From Azolla caroliniana (lineage: Eukaryota > Plantae > Polypodiophyta): a DNA stretch of 64,000 nucleotides. The position numbers and the translations under genes were made by a program. Below the pieces are notes generated by a model that saw nothing but the letters and a program-made list of their open reading frames with translations, made no database searches and had not been told where the DNA came from. Numbering within the stretch: the first letter of the stretch is position 1; every line of letters begins with the position of its first letter. Shown here one piece after another: positions 24,101-35,212 of this stretch. The stretch spans positions 14,880,001 through 14,944,000 of the forward strand of contig JBHGNT010000001.1 of NCBI GenBank assembly GCA_043228905.1, read 5' to 3'.

Positions 24101-26899
24101 TCGGCCGTGCATTCCCCGCGCAGGAAGCCGAGGAGACGGCCTACGCGCAAAGAGAACGGGAAGAAGAAGGTGTCGGATTCTGGCGCGGATTGGAACGAGT
24201 CAGATCGACGCGAATCCGACTCTGAGGGAACTGGTGACGGGTCTTTAAAGGTGAAGTCCGCGTCGATCGGGAAGGCCTCGACATCGGCTAATATGAGATT
24301 ACGCCGATCTACCCGCCAGAAGAATCATGTTTTGCGGTTCGGATACAACGAGTACATGGCGCATCATTATGCGTACAGGACCCGTGTAGCGGAGGTGCGT
24401 GAGCCGGAGAGTTACGCAAAAGCGGCTAAAGACGCGAATTGGTGTGCCGCGATGGAGGAAGAGATGCACGCATTGGCAGAGAACGAGACCTGGGACCTGG
24501 TTGACGCACCAAGAGGGGTTAAACCGATCGGGTGTAGGTCGGTGTACAAGGTCAAGTACAACACCGATGGCTCGGTCAACCGGTACAAGGCTTGGCTAGT
24601 GGCAAAGGGCTACGCGCAGAAACATGGCATCGACTATGATGAGACGTTTGCGCTGGTCGCGAAAATGACGATCGTCCGTGTTTTGCTCGTAGTAGCTGCG
24701 GTGAAGGGGTGGCACTTACATCAGATGGATGTAAAGAATGCGTTCTTGCAAGGTGACCTTGAGGAACATGTGCACATGGTACAACCCCCCGGTTTTCACT
24801 CCGGGACGAACTCCTTGTCAGTATGCCGACTGAAGAAGTCCTTTTACGGACTGAAGCAAGCCCCGCGTGCCTGGAACGCGAAGATCACGCAAAACTGCGT
24901 CGGATGGGCTTCTTCACGTCAAAATCTGACTCTTCCCTGTTCATCTGGAAAGGTCGACTCGAACCGGTTAGTATTTTACTATATGTTGATGACTTGGTCA
25001 TCACCGGTGCCGACCTAGGTGAAATCGACCGCGTGAAGCTCCAACTTGCGGCATCATTCGACATGAAGGATCTGGGGGACCTTCATTACTTCCTCGGGAT
25101 CAAAGTGATCCGTACTCCCGAAGGCATATTGATTAGCCAACGTCATTACGTGTTGAGTATGCTCTTCAAATTCGGGATGGCCGACTGTAAGTCCGTCTCG
25201 ACTCCTCTGGACAGAACCGTCAAGCTTCGTCCTGATACGGGAAAGGTATGCGACCCGACGAGGTTCCGACAAATTGTCGGAAGCCTCATATACTTGACCA
25301 TCACCCGACCCGACCTCAGTTATCCGGTCGGAGTGATCAGTCAGTTCATGGCGCGACCTACCGAGGAGCACCTTTAGTGTGCGCAACGCATACTTCGGTA
25401 TGTCAACGACACTAAGGACCGGGGACTGCTATATCGGACCGGTGCAGCCGCACAGTTAGTCGGCTACACCGATGCTGATTGGGCTGGCAACGCTGCCGAT
25501 CGCCGATCCACGTCCGGATACGCGTTCTCCCTCGGGAGTGCCGCGATCGCGTGGAGCAGTAAGAAGCAGCCGACAGTTGCACTGTCGAGCACCAAAGCTG
25601 AGTACCGAGGAGCGGCTGTCGCGACATGCGAAGCCATATGGTTGAAGCGGCTACTTAAGGACCTGCAAGAGGAGGTGTCAGATCTGACGACGATCTACTG
25701 CGACAACCTCAGCAGCATCTAGCTCGCGAAAAACCCCGTTTTCCATGCACGGACTAAGCACATTGAGGTGCACTACCATTTCGTCAGTGAGCGTGTCCTT
25801 TTCGGTGAAGTCGAACTTCAGTACGTTCCGACGGATCAGCAGACTGTCGACATCTTCACCAAGCCTCTTGGTCTGGACAAGTTGCGGCAATTCTCAGGTG
25901 CACTCGGATTGCATCACCTCGACGTGCCAAACTTGAGGGGGAGAACAGTCCCGAACGACCAAGCAAGGCAGCAAGAAAGGAGCGGAGACCGCAACACCGA
26001 GTCGGTTAACTCGGTTGTCGAGTTCGACTTCGGATCGGCTGAAGAAGCCGAGGGCGGACCTGCGGAAAAGTCCGGAAGCAGACAGAAGGGGAGCAGCCGA
26101 AGGAGAGAGCCGAAGCCAACCACGCATGGGGAAGATGTCGCCATCGAGGGCGAGAAGACCGAAGACAAGTTGGAGACAACCAACTCGGATGAGAGCGAAA
26201 ACCGATCGGAGGTAGCCGAGTCGGTTCGGATGTTTGATTCAGATATGTTGAATCAACCGAGGCCCAAGCGGAAGAAAAGGCAGCAGGAGAAGCGTCAACA
26301 CCGCAACAGTAGAAGAGCTGATATGGGCCACATGAGCAGATAAGCCGACCGGAAGGGTCGAAGCGCGTAGAGTCGAACAGGTCGAGGAGCGCGAGCGAGG
26401 CGTGAAGCCAGGAGGAACCGGAGCTGTGAGCCCGAAGAGCCTCAAGTTGAGCTTGAGGGGGAGTGTTGAGAGACAAGCTCAACATCGGCCGAATCAGCTG
26501 AAGAAGCAGAGGACCGGATCGGTTGGGACCGATTGGTTAGGCCGAATGCGTAAACCGGTACGCAGACCGGTGCGTAGGTAGGGACGGATCGGTGCGTAAA
26601 CCGGGAGGCCGTTAGGAAAGATATTCCGTGAGATTTGGGAGTTAGTGTAGGAGCTCTTAATGAGCATTGAAGTACTGTCAGTACTTCTGTTAGTCCTTCT
26701 AGGACTTGTATAAAAGTGTTCATTGAACACATATATGTATAGAGTAGTGAATAGAGATTGAGTACTTTTTGTTGAATATAGTTCTTGTCTTCTCTCTGTC
26801 TCTCCCGCGTATACTGCGTAAGCTCAAGCTCTCCATTAAACCTGAGTTTTCTACCTTCTATTCGGTCTTCATACTTGCTTCCGCATGCTACTTTCTACA
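21161..26899 (+). mobile_element. Full-length Ty1/copia element (family A), mutated
   Basis: TSD GAACC (21156-21160, 26900-26904). LTRs 21161-21614 and 26464-26899 (about 14 substitutions and 2 indels by eye). PBS tggtattagagc 21615-21626; PPT 26452-26463. gag-pol 21687-26469 broken by stops and frameshifts. Confidence 0.96.
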
Positions 26900-27870
26900 G
26901 AACCGAACTAGGGAAACTCCCCTTTACTATATTTATAGAATTGGCCTAAGCCTAGTCTGTCCAAATGGGGCAGTGTGAATATGTCCATTATACACCCGTA
27001 TTCGACACTCCTCCGTAATGGGAGTATAGAACAAAAATATGTAATGAGAAATAAACAAGGTACATATTTATACAAAGGGGTGTTTGGACAAATCGGCTAA
27101 TGGTCAAATCGGCAATGACCGAAAGTAGAAGCCGGATCGGCTAGAAAGACTGAGATCGAATTAGTTGTGCTGATTGCGGAAGGCTGAATTCAGAGAGTGT
27201 CAAAGCCGATTGTCCAAAACCGTCCTCATGTCCGACTCAATCAGATTGGTATATTCTTATGCCCATTTGGTGTCGAAGTGATTGGAATCGGTTAGCCAAA
27301 AGACATTTGGTCGTAGGAATTTTCTCAAGGTCGAGCTTTCTTGAAATGACGTAGTCCCGAACAAAATGGTATCGAACATCGATGTGCTTTGAGGCATTGT
27401 GCTGAACTAGGTTCTTCAATAAGGCTATAGCTCCCAGACTATCGATGTAGACCACTAGAGCTGAATTGGAGTTGGCTTGCCGAAACGTGCATGCCAGCCG
27501 ACCAAGCCATAAGGCTTCTTTTGTTGCGTTAGATGCGGCTACATATTAGACCTCGGTCGTTGATTTGGTCATGCACTCTTGAAGTTTCGACTTCCACGAA
27601 ATTGCTCTAGTACCGAATTTGAAGAAGTAGCCAATGGTCAACTTTTGGCTATCCAAGCAACCGGCAAAGTCTGAGTCAGTGTAATTGACAAGGCCTGAAT
27701 TCTTGTTTGGACTGAATAAGATGCCATAGTCTTTTGTGCCCATAAGATATCTGAACACATGCTTCACTGCGTTCTAGTGCGATCGGTCGGGGTTGTGCAT
27801 AAATCTGCTAATAGCTCCTATGGCATGAGCAATGTCCGGCCGCGTCATGACCATCACATACATCAGGGAG

Positions 27871-28324
27871 TGTTATGGGCATGACCATATAATATCACGT
27901 GGTAAGATTGTACCGTAGTTTTCTATTCACATGGATAAAGTGTGAGGGTTAAATGAGAGTGTAGAGAAGGGAGGATTACTTTTAATTCTAGGAATTGAGA
28001 CAACCCATTAAGGCCAAGTGTGAACTTGCCTTGGTGCCTCAGGTCTGGCTATAAATATGAGGCCTAGCTACCCTCATTGGGGACATTACCGACTACGTTG
28101 AGACTCTGATCTTGTGGTGATTAACTCTTGTAGCGAGTGTGCCAGCACCAGGTATGACTTGATGCTACGATGATGGTATGGGACACCGATCGAGGCTCCA
28201 GTCCGTCTCGATCCCTTCGCTCGGGGGTGGTTGGGTGGATCGACACCCTTGTTTCTCTCTCCGCTCTCATCCGTCTATCGATTATTTCCTTATCATATGC
28301 TTACATTAGGATTAAACTCTAACA
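27871..28324 (+). mobile_element. Solo LTR (454 bp) inserted in the RT of the older copia
   Basis: TGTTA...TAACA termini; the host RT resumes on both sides; degenerate TSD (GGGAG/TGGAA); TATAAATA near 28050. Confidence 0.7.
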
Positions 28325-31300
28325 TGGAACCTACTGCTAGTGCATATGGTACCAGTTTCATATCTTCCCCCTCCGGACCAGATGCCAGATAGTCTCGTTG
28401 AGATAGTCAAAGGCTTACTAAAAACGGGGTCAAAGCATATTTGACCGATTGCATGTTGAAGAATTCCAAGACATGTTCGATGTAGTTGGCTTGAGACAAA
28501 AAAGTTGTCGTCGATATCAGAGCCGACTGATCTTCATACCCAAAATGTGTCTTGATGGCCCAAGGTCCTTCATAGCAAACTTTAACTACAGTTGCCGAAC
28601 GAGATCGGTGAGCTCTTCGGCATGCTAGCCAAAGAGTAACATGTTGTCCACATAGAGGATGAGGAAGATGGGTGACCCATCTTGAGCTATTTTCGAGAAA
28701 AGGCAATGGTCCTCATCACTCTTAAGAAGCCGATTGATTGGATGAAGTTGTTGAACTTTTTATACCATTGTCGTGGGGCTTGTTTTAGGCCGTAAAGATT
28801 CTTCTTGAGTCGACAGAGTAGATGTTCTTTGCCGGCTACAAAAAAGCCTTTCGGTTGTTCCATGTAGATCTCCTTTTATAGGTCACAATGGAGGAATGTC
28901 AGTTTTACATCTAGCTAAATCAGCTCCAAGTTGTTGACTGCCACTACGCTGAGCATGAATCGAAGGGTTGTCATTGGCACACTATAGTGACTTCCACCCT
29001 TGCTTTTTGGTTTGGAAATTAGTTGTGTGTGGTCAATGTTGGTGAGGCTTGATACAAACGCTTTGTTTTGAGACCATTGTTGTTTTAGTGGTATTGGTTG
29101 GCTTCAATTTTAAATTCCCTTTATGACAATTCATTCAATGGATGTATTCTTGATCTCATTTGTCTACGATTAGAGACAACCCCTTTAGCATCGTTAGAGA
29201 TGCGATGAGACAACATTTGATCACTAGTAAATCTTAATTGATGCACATTAATAGATTTCCCATGTGATCGTGGTTATTGATTATTACCTGTTTTTGAATA
29301 TAGAGTGAAGTTGCGTTATGATCCTCTTTTGTAATGTTTCCTCTCTTTAGACATTGAATCCAACTTACTGGTGATCATTTTGTGAAGAATTCGATTATTC
29401 CTATCTTCATGGTAGGTAATAGGTGTGGGGGTTTCTCCACTTGAGTGAAGCCCATAACCTTAAAAGAAAAACTAAAAAGTAGGGGCTATTTGTGCAATTT
29501 TTGCACTCGGCATTAGAGAGTGATAGTGTGAGACACAATAAATCTTCCTACTTCTTTCTTTGCACTATATAGTTGTATAGTTTGGGTGGAAGTAGGATAG
29601 AGACCATTGGGAGGAGAAAAAACCATATCCAAACTCGAGGAAGCATAGTGAAATAGAGGGTTGTCCAATTTTGATGTCATTTTAGGGAGATGTTCACATC
29701 AATGTGCAAAATGCATCACCCGATTTCGATTGTGACTTTCTTCCACTTATGGTGATAACATGTTTTTTATTTTAATACAAGGTTTACTGTAAACTTGATG
29801 GTTGCATGATTCCATAAGTGACGATGATGTAGTATATGGTATTGTCATTGTAACTTGAAACCAAGGTGTGTCCTCTTGAAGTTAATGTTGCTAAATTTGT
29901 GTGTTTGTAGATGTTCTAAGGAGTTTTTGTATTTGCACATTCCCATATTAATCAACAAAGAAAAATTATTTGATTTCATTGTGCTTGCTTGCTTGTCAAT
30001 TGGTATTTTGGTTTTCCCCATCATTAGGTAATGTATTACATTGAACTCTTCTTCAAGTGTGTTCTAATTAGGCCCACCAATTTCCCCATTATATATACAC
30101 ATATGCGTATTGGTTCTTCCTTTTCCATTTTAAGCATGCCAGAGATATTGAGATATAGTAGTTGCATTTCCACATACAATGGTGGTATATTCATATATGA
30201 ATGATACAAAAGAGTGTGGAAAAATGCTTTACTGCTACAATTTGCATTCATATGCATAATAAAGTATGAAAAATCATTCAAATGTAGCCCATAATTTGAT
30301 ATAGGTTCTTGCTTCGTTTTAAGAAGCATACTCTATTGAACCTTGAGTGCAATATTGTACCACCATTATCGTCATAAGTGAAGAACAATCATTATTTATG
30401 ATTTTTCATGCAATTTCTCAAATATATTGAGAGTATCAGTCTTGACACATTATATCCTCTCATGGTTGGGATTACGTTTTGCATATTACAAAGAGGTGCG
30501 ATACTCTAGGGTTGCGATTTTAATTTTGTTTTCATTGTTGTGGTTGTGGTTTGAAACATGTACTTAGCTGAGCCACGAGCCCAAATTGTGTTGCTCCATC
30601 AAATCGAGAAATGGTCTAAACTTTTTCTCTTGTTCTGTCCTCTCACTCCATATCTATCAAGCATTCAATATTTATATTTTAGGTCACGGTGTTTCCAAAT
30701 TTTTCTTCTGCTTTCTCTCCCATCAATCATGTCATTCAATACATTTAGGGCACAGAGCCGTTTTCCTAAACCATCTCTATGACATACATTTAGTAGTCCA
30801 ATCTTCTCCATACATAGAGAGATAGCTTATGGAAGGCAAAATGTAAGCTCAGAAATGGGTAGAACTTTGCTTCACTAGTAGTCAAGTTAATTTTACAGCC
30901 GGGCCTGGCTGACATCCACCGATCTCCTCATTGTTGAATAATGTCATTTGTTCTTGACTTATTTATAAACTTGGTTTAGTTTGCAACATCTGAATGTGGG
31001 ATAAATTGGGTAGGAAACCATTTTCCGGATACACCTTCATACCTTGCACTTGAGTCTAAAAGCTTTTTAACAGTTTCTCTTGCTGATCTCGTGGCTCAAG
31101 CTCAGATTGGAATTAGTGATTATAGACATTACATCATATATATATATATATGCACCACCTTCTCCGTAACATTACCTTTCCCATATATGTTAGATTCATG
31201 ACAAGATGGTTCTTTGGATATTGCTACTTCCATATATGTTAGATTCATGACAAGATGGTTCTTTAGATATTGCTACTTCCATGGATACAAACCCATGCAA

Positions 31301-32174
31301 TTCAATTGAGACAAACATTCTTTTCAACACCCCCCCCCATGGAATTATCCACATGTCATTGGTCCCCATCTTTCGAGAAATCTAGGTTGTTAGCTAAAAC
31401 CTAAAACTTTTATAAACAATCAATTATGAGCTTAGCACAATGCCAACACTACCTCTTCATTGTGATTTAGATCATGAGAAAATAGCTTGTGTTTTCATAT
31501 GTTCCATTTGAACTTACCAAATAGCTTTAAACGAAGCCCTTCCATATTTTTATTTTCTGGGACCCAGCCAATATGACAATCCAATCAAATTTTGAATTTA
31601 CATTTTATCCATGTGATTTTGGAGGTAAGTTACAATACTCATATTCAAGTGTATGCGTGTACTTGAATGTATATATGGGTGTAGATACATATATTTATGT
31701 TAACATGTAATGAGTATGTGATTCTTCATATGTTAGTAAGGGTATGTCGTCGTATACATAATTGTCTTTAGGTGTGGGTATATAAATGTAATTATATTAT
31801 TTTGTAAGTCAATCGTTGGGTGGGTGGATAGGGTTTAGGAATTTCAGGTTCCCATGAGTGAGGTGGAGGTAAGTGAGCCATTTCATTGGTACTTGCCCAT
31901 GAATTTGTGTTCAGTTAACGGTTAGCCAAGATTGATGGGAACCCCATTTTTCACAAGCTTGTGTGATTTGTTTCTTTGTGTGTTGGGTTGGGTTAGCCAC
32001 ACATGCTATTGGGTTCAGCCTTTTTGAGAAAATTGAATTTATGAACGTTTGGATTTTGCGACCTTCAAGAATTTTTGGGTTATGTGAACTTGAGATTTTT
32101 GTAATGTCTACAGTTCAATAAACATTTCGTTGAATTTTATGGTCTTGTGAATTCGAGGCGAGTAGTTTTACAGT

Positions 32175-34557
32175 TTGTCTTTTGTAAATTCTAAGAGTTT
32201 TTTGTTGTATGGTTTTATGAAATTTCAGGTTTTTTCGACCGTGATCTTCTCCATTCTAGGAAGCTTCTCAGGTGGTTTGAAGCATCTTTCAATGCCCAAG
32301 GCCACAATCCGGACGAATATGAGAAACCTCACAGAAATCATACAACTCTCATTTGTGCGAAACAATTTCACGGGACAAATCACAGATACAATGTTGATCC
32401 TTTCGAAGTCACAAAGCTTTTTGGCTTATGAGAATAGATTAATTGGAACCCTCTCATCTGCTTTACCATCAGTGAATCTAGCATCGAACAATTTGACTGG
32501 AAAAATACCAAAGAATGTTTACACTTGTCCACATGTCAGTGCTTGTTCTCACCAGGAATCAACTTTATGGATCCATCCCCAAAGACCTAACTACCCTTAG
32601 AGTTGGCCAAAACCTTCTCACTGGGGCTATTCACCAGAGGTTCGGAAATTTGCCGAACCTAACGCATTTCAGAGCTGACCCCCATCATCATGTGTCCAAA
32701 ATCCTATCTTGGAACATCAGCTGGAAGAATTTTAGCCTTCTCAACTTGGGTTTCAACACGTTTATTGGCACCATACTTGACATACTAAGTCAAGCCATGT
32801 TGTTCCAAGAGGTATGACTATCGGAAATCAGTTTTTTGGGACCATTCCCAGCTACCCTAACACAGCTCAAAATTTTACATTTGCCTTGATCTTAGAGCAA
32901 AAAATTGAATATACAACACCAAATGATATTTGCAACATTCCACAATGGCAATACTTGCAGCTTGGAGGTAATTTCTTGTCAGGGACCATCCCTCTTCTTC
33001 AATCAGTAGCTGTTCTTCTTACCTCATTGAGTTACAACTAGGAAACAATCAATTGAGTGGAATCATTCCATTGGAGATTGGATCTTTATCTAATCTACAA
33101 GTCATGCTTGATGTTAGCTTGAACCGATTGATGGGGAGCATCCCAGAAGAACTCAACCTTTTGATGAAAATAGTCTTGTTGAACCTTCTGGGCAATCTAC
33201 TGTGGGGCTGAATTCCCGTTGGTTTGGTATGTATACATGGGAAACTTCAGCGATGTCGATTTCTTGAATAGTAACTTGAGGTGGTGTATTCTGGAGCTGA
33301 AGAATAGCAACTCAAGTAGTTTTTCCAACAATCTGGTCTTTGTGGAGCACCGTTGATGGTATGTGCTGGCTGACACACAAGATGCCTCAAAATCTGTGAA
33401 AAGGAAGAAGAATCTTTCGGATTGGAAGGTTACTGGGATCGTGCCAGATTGTGCACCTCCAGTCTTGGTGACTGTATTGACCATATTTATTTATAGCCCA
33501 TATGACAAAGCATTATTTTCCTTTGATAGTGGACTTGCCGTTGTTGCTGCAGGCAGCAGTCATCTACAGCCATATCTTTTCGACGGCATAAAAGTGCCAG
33601 TGGCAGTAGCCCGAATATGACTGGCACAAACCACGTTAGCTCTGTCTAGAAACCTGGTCATGCCCTTGGGTCTCACAGTGGCGGCCAAAAAGCTCAGTCC
33701 TGCCCAAAAGGGCACAGCATGCATTCTGCTGAAAAGGGCTCTATTCTCGAAAAGGTCTTTAGAAAGTGGCAAAAATTGCCACATGAAAACATTATGCATT
33801 CGTTGGTCATTACATCAAGGATGAACTTACCATCATCACGTATGAGTTTGTGTGGTTATGTAGTTTGGGGCAAAAGCTTCGTCAGGCTTTTCAAAGTGCT
33901 ATGTATCTTTGTCAAATCGATAATGCTATTTTGCCTTGACGGCAACTCAAGGACCATATTCTCCATCATATGTTTCATCCTCAATGATGCACATTGACAT
34001 AAGCTCCAACAAGGCTCCAAATCTGTAAAAATGAGAGATGTGAAAGTTGCAAAGCTATTGAACCCTTCCGAGCATAGTGGGAGCATTAGTGCCATTCTCA
34101 GATCAATTGGTTACATTCCTCCGAGAGTATATACTTTGAACATCTTTTATGCATAGATATAAAATTTATAGGGTAAAACACCAATATAGTCTTGACGTTT
34201 TGGATATCTACCAGGATACCCTAAGTTTGACACAATTATCTTTGTCATACATACTGTACTAGCAGCAGAGGAGCATTATAATGATTGAAAACTTTGGGGT
34301 ATTCTAATAAACATCCAAAAAAGGAAAGGTATTTTGCCCTCAAAATGATTGATGTGTTTGTCATGCTTTTTGGTTGACTTTTATGGTATATGTTGGACTA
34401 ATGCCTCTCACATACTCTTATGCATTCTTGCCCAGTAGGCGTTTGCTATGCGTGTGACTATAGCTCTGTTGTGGTTCTCTTGGAGCTATTGACAGGTTGA
34501 TCCGGTCAATGAACTGTTTGTTGATGGCTTGGAGATTGTTAGATGGGTCCATGAGAC
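32175..34557 (+). pseudogene. PXC3 (At2g41820)-like LRR receptor kinase pseudogene, LRR ectodomain to kinase subdomain IX/X
   Basis: Plant LRRs (NNFTGQI, NLASNNLTGKIP, LQLGGNFLSGTIP, NNQLSGIIPLEIG). Kinase remnants VAKLLNPS..SISA...SIGYIPP, then AMRVT, VVLLELLTG, DGLEIVRWVHE. Many frameshifts and stops. Cut at 34557 by an LTR element. Confidence 0.82.
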
Positions 34558-35089
34558 TGATAGATTTTACACTCAGACATAAACCACAAATATATTGAGA
34601 CACAAACAAACGAAAAACAAGCAACACACGATTTACGTAGAAAACCCTGATTTCAGAAATTTCCACTATGAGACAAGAACAAATACAAGCATAGAATGAT
34701 AGAACATGATTTGGTATGGATGTACTCTCAGGTTGTTATCTGAAACCACGGTTTCAACTGAGTGCACCAAACCCTAACTCATAGGTATCTATCACTTTCA
34801 AAGCTTCCAAAGCTTCTCTATTCTGTCTCTTTTTCTTCTCTATTACACTCTTCTTTCTTTGCTTCCTTTCACACTCAATTGTAGAGCTATGTCACTCACT
34901 CTCTCACAGCTACCACTGTGTTAGGTCGTTATTGTTCTTTGTGTCACTCTTCCCTTGCCACACGTTTTCTCGCTCTTACGCGCTCTCTAACTCACAATAA
35001 TACACTTCTTGCGCTTCACTCAAAAGCAATGTCTGGCCTCGTGCATACCATAACATACATTAGGCTCCCAACATCCGAGGCATACGGCA

Positions 35090-35174
35090 TGTTGGAAGCA
35101 ATGTCGTCTGTGCGGAAGATCTTGAAGCACTCGATTCCTGTTTATTCCCTGTGTATGACAGAATGTAGGTCGTT

Positions 35175-35212
<38 letters not shown>

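Larger units (their letters stand above)
20900..28980 (-). mobile_element. Truncated older copia (3' LTR plus RT/RNase H remnant), relative of the 35090 family; host to two insertions
   Basis: LTR end ...gtccattatacacccgtattcgaca (27007) plus PPT is homologous to 35090-35382. RH/RT fragments HNASKHIDVRYHFVRD and YTDSDFAG. Homology stops near 28976. Left LTR boundary uncertain. Confidence 0.8.

Noticed and set aside
31181-31282. 49-bp direct tandem duplication (similarly a 22-bp repeat at about 8825 and 8924)
   Set aside because: Ordinary slippage or repair duplications with no further structure.
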